A stretch of 64,000 bases of DNA from NCBI RefSeq assembly GCF_902652985.1, contig NC_047020.1:28954001-29018000 (forward strand). The letters are read 5' to 3'. The notes under the pieces were generated by a model, which saw only the letters and a list, made by a program, of their open reading frames with translations, was not told where the DNA came from and ran no database searches. Both the position numbers and the translations under genes were made by a program. This DNA comes from Pecten maximus. Its lineage: Eukaryota. Each line of letters opens with the position of its first letter. Within the stretch, counting starts at the first letter, position 1. Of this stretch, positions 1-12,500 are shown piece after piece.

Positions 1-2325
1 AAACACTGATTGATGATTGGATGTACTGTCTGCCAGGATGTAGAAAAAAATCTGTGTTAAATATCCATCTTGCAGGAAATAGATCCCTCAATCTGCAGTT
101 AATTTGTCCAATACAAGTGAATATTATATGCCAGTCTTTAGGTTAGGGATAGGCAACTCTTAGGGACTATTTATTAGGAAAGAGATGGACATCAAAATTA
201 TAGCTTTAATCATATTAATCAATACCATTCTTTTCACTTCTTCCACATCGGGTCACAATGATATGATGAGTTATAGTGATGTCTAGGGCACTTTTAGGAC
301 GAACTGTCTTCTAAAACTACTTACAAACATATTATGGTACAGTTCCGTAACGGAGGGCTACTCCCTCACGCTGGTAGAACACTGACAGTATATATATGTA
401 GTCGATGAGACGAAACCTAGCAATAGGTGGAGTAATGTAGGTAGTTAATCACTATCTAACAAATTAACAGCAGAAAATATTAATATTAGTACCGATTAGT
501 AAAACCAACCCCTGCAAATTCCCTTTAAAACAATTCAGCTGTAATGTGGCATCTGTATATAATCATGGGTTACCCAATATGGTAGATTAGAACTTAAGGC
601 TGTTCACTTGTAAGATTTAACTTGATGATATATATATATGTGTGTGTATATAACAGAATTAATACTATATCATTGTGGTACATAATAAGGCCTCACTGAG
701 AGCTCTCCCACCTCTCCCAGACTGCTGCTGTCTGCTCTTTGTTCCACGTTCTCCGACCCCTTCTCTCTCTCTCTCTCTTCACTGCGTCGTCTGGTCGTCG
801 TCTCTTCCTTTTCCCTTCTGAGGTCTTCCCACATTTATTTTGTAGTCATTTTGCTCATCTTGCCTCAAAATGTGTCCAATCATCTTCCATCTATGGCATT
901 TTAGTCCCGACTCACAGTCTGATACCATAAGCCACCTAACTCAGAAGCTGCTGAACCACTTATGATATGCCACAACATCCCTTAAAAGGGACTTTTAATG
1001 TCGTAGAGATAAACAGTCGGAGACTACAAAATTATTATACTGACAAAAGTCTTGTAGATGATCATTATATGACATAAAGATATTAATGTAGGAAACAGTA
1101 CGGTTTGGACAGAAAGTTTTTTAACCATCAAATCAACAGTACCTTGGTTAAAATAACTATAGCAGGATAAGATATGTATATGTAAAAGGAGAAAGATCAT
1201 CACTATGACCTGAGTCCAGGAATCCTTGTCCTTAGAACTCTTGACAGAAGTTCTAAACAATTGAGCTACCTGGCTACAGCTGGCAATCAGTCCATTGTCA
1301 GTCCTGTTCCCTACACTCTTCGATCCTCCGTCAATAAAGTCTTATACCCTGAAGAAACACACAAGACTCTATACCACCATGAGTGCATTTAATTTGGTGC
1401 CAAAAAAGGAGAAAGAAAATGCCATGACATGAACGAGACTTTATACCACCATCTGTGAGTGCATTTAGTTGGGTGTCAAAAAGAGATAGAAAATGCAATG
1501 AAACCAGGTGGGCACACAAACTCTGGATGAGCGCTCCAACCAAACGAGCTACCTGGCCACAGCGATCATCCTAGTCCAGAAATACGCTCATATATCTGGC
1601 AGGAGCTTAAAAGCTGGTAAGCATGGTTAGGAATTAATATGATTCATTTAAAGTTTAATTACTCCTCTGACCATAAACATTATAACATGAAATGATCGTT
1701 ATTGATCATTAAACCACAGAAGGGAAGTATGGTCTAAAGGTCATTGATAGTTTTCCCCAGCATAGAGATTTTAATCCTTGCCTGTGGAATCATAAAGCTT
1801 CTTGTATCTGTCTACCTGTAAACTCGTTATCTTCAGGTGAAAACGACCTAGGAAGGCCCAGGAAGGGCACATAATAGAAACAAGCCATATCCCATAGATC
1901 GATAAACCCTTTACACCCCTGGATAAAGCGGCCAGGTTTATTGGGTTTATGTAGTGGTCAGTATCGGTTACTGGTCAATACCTTATCTCTCTAGTAGCTA
2001 ATATGATTTATCTGGTGACCTTGAGTGACCTACCTACAATATAGTTTATTCCTTACTGTATCTGGTATCCAGCTGTCAAAATCTACAGGCAGTCTAAAAG
2101 AGTTTTTATATCTCACTAAGTCATACTAGACGTTACTTTAAATATCTACACATATACATGTATGTATGTACGAGTATGGTACATTCAGAGAATATGGTAA
2201 AATATTCTGTTCTTCCTATACAAGTCCTAGGAGATCTTCAAATAAATATTGTTTAAATGTTTGCCTTTCAGATTTACAGGTGAAATTTGATGCATTGCTT
2301 GATTGTGATTGTCTTTTTTCATTGA

Positions 2326-2438
2326 TTTTTGGCACTAATTTTTCCAGTGCTATTTGGCACTAATTTTTTCAGTGCTATTTGGCACTAATTTTTTCAGTGC
2401 TATTTGGAACTATTTTTTTCAGTGCTATTTGGAACTAA
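2326..2438. repeat. ~24-bp tandem repeat, ~4 copies
   Basis: Unit ttttcagtgctatttggcactaat. Confidence 0.8.
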
Positions 2439-4191
2439 ATGAGATGTGAAGGAGGTGTAAATACAAACTAGACCTATTGATAAGTACAGGAAAAGGTATT
2501 TCTGTCATTTTACCCCACAGGTATCGAATGTGGGACTTCAGAGTATTCAAACTAGGCAAACGAACCATTTAACACGATGACAACCACACAGACACACTCC
2601 TTTTTGCTTTATAACAGTGCTATAGTGTAGCATAACTTTTTTCTCCCCCACATTTTCTGTGGTATGATATTGCAGAAAAAACTAGGGGTCTGTTCCATAT
2701 TCAGGTCACACCTACCCATAATTTGTTTCACTTCATGGCATTTTTGCATTATTAATAAACCCGTCAGTGCTACAATGTAGGTATCCCAGGCCTAAAGCTT
2801 GATCAGCTTAACCAGGCATTGCTCAAGGAAGTGTTCAGATCAATATCATTGAAAATCAGTTGTGATTTCTCCCTTAGACAATGATTTTGTATCTGTATTA
2901 CAGTTTAATATCAGTTATGAATTTAAATAATTTAGAATTTTACATAAAATTTTAGTATACATATGAATGAGTTGACAAAGGGTGACTATAGCTACCCTGG
3001 CGGAATGGGATTGTCAACTGTTGAGTGACTTTTATGAACAGAAGATATCTTAGTTGTGTGTATTGATCAGGATGTGTAAAGCATAGTGTTTGTCTTATAA
3101 AATGTCATAATCTTTTGGATGAACATCAATGGTTTGGATAAAAATCGATATAATCTGGATCAATATGGAAGACAAAAAAATGCAAGTAAATTTGACAAAT
3201 GTGAGAAAAAAATGATGATATATCCTGTATGTGTATTGGAGACACCAGGCATTGGCCAGGTATATACATATAGTCCCATAGAGTTCAGATACTTAGAAAT
3301 CCAGCATATCTATAGAGTTCAAGAGGTACCAGGTTCGAGTCTCAGTTAGGCCTTTATAGTGTTGTATTTTCCCATTTTTTGCTCCATCTAAATATATGTA
3401 TACCCAAGTACGCTGCAGAAGGACTGTTTACAGGTTTTTTTTATGTCTTTGGGATGACAAGTTTTGTTACATACGGGAGAAATGTAAATATAACTGGACT
3501 GAGAGATCATTTACCATTAGATCTGGTAGGATGCTGTATCAAGCATCTAGAATTTTAACATCACAGGTTTGGTTCCGATGTAGTCCTGTATCCCTTTAGT
3601 ATATAAACATTGTCACTATTTCACCAAGGTTTTTCATTATCTTTTTGCTATTCAATAAGTTCCCTTTTAAGATACTGTAAAATAAAAGGTTCTATACTTA
3701 GAATGAAAGCTGAGATAATGGTAGGGGTACTTTAGCCTGTAAACAACAGTCTGGCGTGAAGAATTGTGTGAAGACTATCATGGATGGCTGGATATTATTG
3801 GTATACACAATGTATATTAGATAAGATGTGAGGTATTGTTGACAAGGGTGTACCCGACTGGAAATCCTGGTGTGTTTCTCCCACAACAGTCATTCTGTTC
3901 TCATTAAAGTAAATACCATTGTTGTAAATGTTTAATGTGTTACAGTTTAGTCCAGTCAGCCAACCAAGGAACAAAATTGTCTTATTTATTAATTATGTAC
4001 ATATAGTATAATTACATACAAAATATAACTTCACTGTGTGAGACAAGCTGTTAAATGTAGTTAAGGTAAAGTCAGTTCTTGTGAGATTCAATGTAAATAA
4101 ATACAAAGTATGCATAAAAATGGTGAGCCCAACACGATGATTCAAAATGGTCCGATTTATTGGAGAGTGTTGTTGACAATTTTCAGCTATA

Positions 4192-4417
4192 GGGTTTGGT
4201 TTGGTTTGTTTTTGTTTAACGTCCTATTAACAGCCAGTGTCATTTAAGGACGTGCCAGGTTTTTTGGAGGTGGAGGAAAGCCGGAGTACCCGGAGAAAAA
4301 CCACCGACCTACGGTCAGCACCTGGCAACTACCCTACGTAGGTTTCAAACTCGCAACCCAGTGGTGGATGGCTAGTGTTAAAGTGTCGGGACACCTTAAC
4401 CACTCGGCCACCGAGGG
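4192..4417 (-). mobile_element. tRNA-derived SINE (Meta/V-type central domain)
   Basis: Minus strand: A box TGGCCGAGTGG, B-box-like GAGTTTGAAAC, core GGTCGGTGGTTTTTCTCCGGGTACTCCGGCTTTCCTCCACC, (AAACC)n tail. Confidence 0.85.
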
Positions 4418-6604
4418 TAGTTATCAGAACCGTTCTGATGACGACTACCCTATATACGCCATTCAGGGATGTAAATCTGTGCATGCAGGGTTGATTCACA
4501 TTATATTTTTAGATGTTTATTACATACTTTACTTACGCATTGTTGATGTAATTGCACGAGCAGATTTGACGGAAATTCAAGGAAGATATAACCAATAGGG
4601 GATTATGAAGTTTAATTTCATAGATTATTGTATATATTTATAAACAAATCATATAGAGGCTTTCATGTGACACTGGTAACAGTAATTATCCATGCATATG
4701 TTAAATGCTGAATGTTATTATTACCAACATTATTGGCCTCGTAGGTCAGAATGGATGCCATATGCAAGAGTGTGTCTGTGATCTGAATAATGAAAATTAT
4801 CAGAGGCTGTATTCTCTGTGCTTTCTCATGATTTGTTTTTATAGTAAGCTATCTTCCTTGTCCAATATGTCTTCTTCCTGAATTGTACACATACTGCTGT
4901 AGTACTACAAGAGTTGCATTCCCTGGTGCAGACAAGTTGTGAGGAAGGGACATAACTGTGTCAGCTTTGTTTTGTTAGGGTGGTCAGAGTTATGTCCCTT
5001 GCACTGTCAGGCCAAAAGCTTAGGAGCAATTACTGCTAGCTCTTCATTGTAAATCTGATCTCTGCTGGAGTTTAGACTGGCATAGCAATGATACTACATT
5101 CATTTGATTGACATAAATTTAATGCATGCAATTCTTACATATATATTTTTTAAATACATGTATACGATTGTATTATGTTAAACTATAAAATATATTCAGC
5201 ATTCTTTACATTTACAGTTACAGAGTTCCCCCAACACTTGGAATCAATATATATAACACTCATGCATGTATATTTAGAAAAAGTAAATTCCCTATCTAGT
5301 AATCAGCTAGTTTTCCCCCATCACATTCATGTAAAAAGGAAAATAGCAATTCCTGTTAATTTAACACCACCACTTATAATTAGTGATGCTACAATCACCA
5401 AAATCTAAATCACATGCATTCATGGTGCTATAGATGAAGTGGAATTGTTAGTAGCATCATGAAAGCTGCAACCAGGGTAATACGTATCTGTATTTATCCT
5501 GTAATAAACCCAGCTTAAACATTTCAGTTTTTATCCTGTAATAATCCCAGTTTAATTATGGTCCAATACATCAACTTTGAGGCAAGGTATGCACGATGGA
5601 AAATATTGCAATCCAGCTTATTGAAATAAGTTGCAATGAAGTGACATTTGAACCAAACTGCTATAGAAATGGATGGGCTTATATGACAGGTGACATTTGG
5701 AACATGAACACTGTTTGTAACTTTAATAGGGCTCTACAGGATGTACTTCTGTAGTGGTGTGTATATATATATATATATATAGCATGTTACAGGAACATTT
5801 TTGTAATAAGATAGCTATAGGTATATTTGGAGTTAGGCGATTGTATTGTAAAAAATTGTAAAAATGTTGATTATTTATAAATACACATATATACTGTACC
5901 TGGTTTCATGTGCTGATTTCACCCATGTTTTCTGCTTAAGAAATCAGATATTTGTCGGCTGGTCATCCATTCTGCATTGTTCCTGTGATAGTCCATACAG
6001 AAATCTGTCCATTTACACTGTCCATACAGGAATCTGTCCATTTACACTGTCCAGCAGCTGTCTTTGACAAATGGATATCCTACTCCAGGAATTAGTGTCC
6101 ATATATACAGAATCTTTCCTAACAATACTGCATCTGACTGGTTAACAGTGTGGCTATTATAACACCAGGGTTGTCAAGGATACTTGTATCCCTGAAAGTA
6201 CTAGTACTCAGAGGAACTTGCAATCCTAACACAACACACCTGTATTTTTTAACACAGTACCTATACCCAATGACTGTATCCAGGTGGTACTGCTGTCACA
6301 GCACCACAGGTGGTACCATGTTCCCAGACTAACTCCAAAGACTGTACACACCAGCTATTTGTGGAGGGGAGAAGTTACAGTCGGTGGAGTAAGCAGGCTG
6401 TAGAGTGGCTGGTACCATAGTGATGGTATACCATATGCATCGAGTGGGGAGAGAGATCTTCAGTCGTCAGTACCTCACTACCACTCGGTCCAGGCTATAC
6501 GTAATATAGTTCCTGCGACCAGGGAGGCTCCTACACTATGGAACTTAAGTCAACTTACGAGTTTCTGAAAATTCCTTTCTGAAAAGTTTTGTGTGAACTT
6601 TTCG

Positions 6605-6702
6605 ATGGGGAATGCTAGCTCTAGGAATTTAGGGACATGTGCCTGTATATCTCCTAGCAGACGAAAAGCTCACCCTAAACACTATCATATTGACAAGTTC
6701 AG
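6605..6702 (+). CDS. FRMPD4: Candidate first coding exon (MGNASSRNLGTCACISPSRRKAHPKHYHIDKF-S)
   Basis: ATG at 6605, open to strong donor AG|GTAAGC at 6702/6703; phase 2 matches the acceptor at 15172 (AG+T = Ser). Confidence 0.6.
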
Positions 6703-6890
6703 GTAAGCTGTTATCACTATCAGATTGACAACCTCAGGTAAGCTATTTTATCACTTTTACATTGACAAGTTCAGGTTCAGGTAAGCTTTATTATCACTAT
6801 CAGATTGACAAGTTCAGGTAAACTATTATCACTATCAGATTGACAAGTTCAGGTAAACTATTATCACTATCAAATTGACAATTCAGGTTA
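6680..6890. repeat. ~33-bp tandem repeat copying the exon end and donor, ~6 copies
   Basis: Unit cactatcagattgacaagttcaggtaa(a/g)ctattat. Confidence 0.85.
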
Positions 6891-7520
6891 ATTTGAAATT
6901 TAAAATGAGGTTAGCTGAACCTTGTACACATACACAAGATGTAAAGTTCTGTCAGCAGGTAATGCCACCATTTGTGGTCACCAAATACCCCTGGGTATTC
7001 ACATATCTTAGCAGGTATTGTTAAAAGTAGATAGCTGCAATTTGAAAAAAAATATGGCTTTCAGTTAATTATCTAAATTTTTGGTTGCCATGTAAATGAT
7101 ATATCCTGTCTATGCTATATTCTGGCATGTCTTATGATTGGTTTGTACTATATATACTCTGTGGTAGAACTCTTACAGGTGTATATGTAGGAGTTACCTG
7201 GCAGGTTAATGGAACCACCTACATGCTTCCTTCTAGGTATACAATATAGGTTCACATGGGAGCACATTAGTCTAAGGTAGTCTATGATACCTGTTTAATA
7301 ATGAAAGTAAATTCATACAAACTTTTGAAACTAATATTCACTGTTTTAATACTTATAGATTTTATTTTTGAATTTCAAAGAGGTTTCCAAATAAAATATC
7401 AGAAGGCACAATTTTAAGAACTGCAAAAGATGGTCAATTTATATTATTAGACAAGTTAATATAGATACAGGGTGTTCAGTGTAGAGAAGTCTGTAAACCC
7501 AGGATGGTCATTATGGAGAA

Positions 7521-9517
7521 ATCTGTACACACAGGTCAGTCAGTATACAGAGGTCTGTACACACAGGTCAGTATACAGAAGTCTGTACACAGGACGGTCA
7601 GTATACAGAGGTCTGTATACACAGGTCAGTCAGTATACAGAAGTCTGTACATACAGGTCAGTCAGTATACACAGGTCTGTATACACAGGTCAGTCAGTAT
7701 ACAGAGGTCTGTATACACAGGTCAGTCAGTATACAGAAGTCTGTACACACAGGACAGTCAGTATACAGAGGTCTGTACACACAGGACAGTCAGTATACAC
7801 AGGTCTGTACACACAGGACAGTCAGTATACAGAGGTCTGTATACACAGGACAGTCAGTATACAGAAGTCTGTATACACAGGTCAGTCAGTATACAGAAGT
7901 CTGTATACACAGGGCAGTCAGTATACAGAAGTCTCTATACACAGGTCAGTCAGTATACAGAAGTCTGTACACACAGGTCAGTCAGTATACAGAAGTCTGT
8001 ACACACAGGTTAGTCAGTATACAGAAGTCTGTACACACAGGTCAGTCAGTATACAGAGGTCTGTATACACAGGTCAGTCAGTAAACAGAAGTCTGTATAC
8101 ACAGGTCAGTCAGTATACAGAGGTCTGTACACACAGGACAGTCAGTATACAGAGGTCTGTACACACAGGTCAGTCAGTATACAGAAGTCTGTATACACAG
8201 GTCAGTCAGTATACAGACCTCTGTATACACAGGTCAGTCAGTATATAGAAGTCTGTACACAGGTCAGTCAGTATACAGATGTCTGTACACACAGGACAGT
8301 CAGTATACAGAAGTCTGTACACACAGGACAGTCAGTATACAGAAGTCTGTATACACAGGTCAGTCAGTATACAGAAGTCTGTATACACAGGTCAGTCAGT
8401 ATGCAGAGGTCTGTACACACAGGACAGTCAGTATACAGAGGTCTGTACACACAGGACAGTCAGTATACAGAAGTCTGTATACACAGGTCAGTCAGTATAC
8501 AGAAGTCTGTATACACAGGTCAGTCAGTATACAGAAGTTTGTACACACAGGTCAGTCAGTATACAGAGGTCTGTACACACAGGTCAGTCAGTATACAGAA
8601 GTCTGTACACACAGGTCGGTCAGTATACAGAAGTCTGTACACAGGTCAGTCAGTATACAGATGTCTGTACACACAGGACAGTCAGTATACAGAAGTCTGT
8701 ACACACAGGACAGTCAGTATACAGAAGTCTGTACACACAGGACAGTCAGTATACAGAAGTCTGTATACACAGGTCAGTCAGTATACAGAAGTCTGTATAC
8801 ACAGGTCAGTCAGTATACAGAGGTCTGTACACACAGGACAGTCAGTATACAGAGGTCTGTACACACAGGTCAGTCAGTATACAGAGGTCTGTACACACAG
8901 GTCAGTCAGTATACAGAAGTCTGTATACACAGGTCAGTCAGTATACAGAAGTCTGTACACACAGGTCGGTCAGTATACAGAGGTCTGTATACACAGGTCG
9001 GTCAGTATACATAAGTCTGTACACACAGGACAGTCAGTATACAGAAGTCTGTATACACAGGTCAGTCAGTATACAGAAGTCTGTATACACAGAACAGTCA
9101 GTATACAGAGGTCTGTACACACAGGACAGTCAGTATACAGAGGTCTGTATACACAGGACAGTCAGTATACAGAAGTCTGTATACACAGGTCAGTCAGTAT
9201 ACAGAAGTCTGTACACACAGGTCAGTCAGTATACAGAGGTCTGTATACACAGGTCAGTCAGTATACAGACCTCTGTATACACAGGTCAGTCAGTATATAG
9301 AAGTCTGTATACACAGGTCAGTCAGTATACAGAAGTCTGTATACACAGGTCAGTCAGTATACAGAAGTCTGTATACACAGGACAGTCAGTATGCAGAAGT
9401 CTGTATACACAGGTCAGTCAGTATACAGAGGTCTGTACACACGGGACAGTCAGTATACAGAGGTCTGTACACACGGGACAGTCAGTATACACAGGTCTGT
9501 ATACACAGGTCAGTCAG
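7521..9517. repeat. 32-bp minisatellite, ~62 copies
   Basis: Unit cagtatacagaagtctgtatacacaggtcagt. Confidence 0.97.
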
Positions 9518-12500
9518 AGATATAGATAGCTATATAGGTAAACACAGGTTTATCCATTATGATTAAGGAAGGTGTAAAATTTTACATCTGTATTAGACAT
9601 AGAAGTGATGTGAGGTCCAAGTTAGCTGTGGGTTGTCACCTGTTATTAGTACTAGGGAAATTGTAAAATCTGGGCCTAGCTGTGTGGGGCAGTAAGGGAT
9701 TAGTTAACTAAGGGGTAAACTTCCCTGTATATAAACAGTCTATTAGCTAAAGTTGATATCATACCTGGTTTAGCTACAGCTGCTGTGCAGTATGATATAC
9801 CAACTTATAAAACTGATAAGACAATTTTTACATACGGGCTGGCTACTACAGCTAGATCGCTAGGCCGATACCCACAGAGTGGAGGTAGGCTTGTAAGCTT
9901 CTGTTACTCACCAGTGCAGGGTATCTAAGGTTTGATATTTCTATTATGTCAAGAATTTAGGAGTAAAAAAAATAATGTCGATATTAAAATTGGTTTATGT
10001 AAAATATGACAATAGGACTAGTACTTTCTACAGCCAGCAATACATGCTGAGCCATCGCTGTAGTTTTGTATCAACTTGAATGTGTACAGCTTCTGTTTGG
10101 ACAAATATCTTCATAACATTTAAATGGGAAATGTAAAAAATAGATATAAAAAGACAATGAAGCCATAAAAATGAAATTACTGCCTTCGGAACTGCAGCTC
10201 TGCCATTAGGTGGCAACTGTGCTGATCACGGCATGTTCCTGTCGATATTGAAAGGTCGAACCCGACTGGTAAATAAAGACAAATGATATGTGGCTAGGAA
10301 CTAATCAAAACAGACTAGCACAGTACTGCAACATCTAGTTTGGAGAATTCTCGATCTGTAGTAGCTGTTATAGAGTGGAAGGAATTCTATCGAGTGTTAG
10401 GATATATATCTATCAATATATTATAAACAACTTTGATGTATATACCAGTGTTTGTTAGATGTCACTTGGTATTGATTACTGTATAAAACTAATTTGATAA
10501 TCAACATTCATGTGTCAAAACACACTGAAATATAGGATGCATGGGTGTGAAATATTGAAAGCTGAATGAAAGAGCAAAGCTCAGCTGCCTTTGTTACTAT
10601 ATAATTGTTTTAGTAAAACATTATTAAAGCCCAATATATATATGTACAGCTGATGATTATACACTATGTATAGTTATCAAATTGATACAAATGAATTTTA
10701 ATGGAACCCAGGAAAATTAACAAAAGCAAAATTCTATGAAATTACCTGCAATTACAAAATTACAAGTCCAAAATGTCTTTAACTTTTACCGGGTGACATG
10801 CATGTCTTGCACCTAGGATGGTATTAGCATTGGGAACTGGTATTTTTGATGTCTTACAGAATTTTGACATATCACGATTTGTGAGATATTACATGGTGTT
10901 TTACATGGTAAAAGTGACAATGTAAAATGTCATTTTGATTTATGTTATGTCTAATAAATTAAAGGTACCCCAGTATTTATACAACAAGATATTACCAAAG
11001 ATGCATAGACTATATAGTGGAACTTCGTTAACTGTATAACGAATCCATGGGTCGTGTGATGTTATGAGGGAGCAATAAAAGGCCATTTCATTATCAGTCT
11101 ATCATATTTCATTCTGAATTCTTCAACAATAATGATTCAATTTGAACCAGGATATTTCATATTTGGTGACACGTAAACTTCTGTTTTACCAATATCAAGA
11201 TATGAAATTGTTGTTGAGTAGATATTCTCCAAACTACTTATTGAATATTTCTTTTTTCTGTCTGCTAGTATACATTTTTTAGGATTAAAAAGAGCTGGTC
11301 AAAATTTGAGTGTTTGGCTCAATTTCTGTCAAGTCTGAAGTACGAGTTCATTCACCTCGTTTAATGTGAAACTGTTTTAGAGAGAAGATACATAAATCGT
11401 AAGGCAGTATAGTAGTATATTGATAGCACGTTACATATATAGCTATCACTTCATAGGGACCTTAACAGGAATGTGTGCTTACTAATCCCTCTGGAGAATT
11501 GTCTAATGTCTTGTTCCGTGGAGGAGTGTTGTACACTTAAAACTTGGTATTGCTATAAATCAGATGAAAACATTGCTATCGACTCCACCAATCAAAGCTT
11601 GTTGGGTTCAGATCGACTTGGCAACACTGTGTCATTGATACATGTCCAATCCTCGCCACCAAGTCCCTGTATCTGCCTCGAAATCAGGTCCACAGAGAGG
11701 GTTTGAAAGAAAAGCCACAAATTGATTTCTTGTCATAGAGTAAAGATTTCCTATCACCCTCCTTCAGAGATGCTTTCTGAGGGATAAGTCCGCTGCTCAT
11801 TTAGGGTTCAAAAGCACAGCCCCCAGGGGCAGAAATGTTACCATGGTAACATGTTAAGATACACTTTGACATAAATATTAGGCTAGAGAACATCATTGTA
11901 AATGAAATTGAATATTGGTCATATCTTATTAAAACTATATTAAGTAATTTAGCTTATTTTTTAAAGCCATTCCAATGGTTTGACAAATATTTTGTGTCCA
12001 GGTCTAATATTCATATACATATATATATACCATTGTCTGAAATTGTCAGATTTTGGGTTTTTGTCCTGCAAACAATTATAGAAGTAGAACTTTAGTCATT
12101 GTGCCAGAGAAATAAAATGGTATTGAAATACCATTAGATTTTGTGGGATTTGGCACATTGAATGGGAAAACTGTCAGTTTTTGTGTAGTTTGGCTTCTGA
12201 ATGGATTTGAGCGAAGAACCATCATTATCTGTTGTTTAATTGCAACATTTGAATGATTTTAAGAACAGACCATCCTGACAGTCGATAAGATACACCAGTA
12301 TGAGCTGCAAAGATAGATTTGGCACAAACTTCACAATTCTTGTGTAGTCAAACTGTTAGTATATACACACGAAATATGAAATTGTCCCTAATGGCATAAC
12401 ATTGGAGAGGAATTCGTACTACAAAACAGATTAATCTTCAAATAATTTGAGGTTGAAAATATCAGAAGTGGATGGTAGGGGTGAAGATGGAGAGATCGGA

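Noticed and set aside
300-1620. Possible solo LTR or 5' UTR exon (CT-rich tract, AATAAA, local duplications, donor near 1616)
   Set aside because: No TG..CA boundaries with target duplication or phase-compatible coding link could be established.
7472-9529. Long ORFs (up to 416 aa) with TQVSQYTEVC repeats
   Set aside because: Translations of the 32-bp minisatellite; open in several frames, no splice context.
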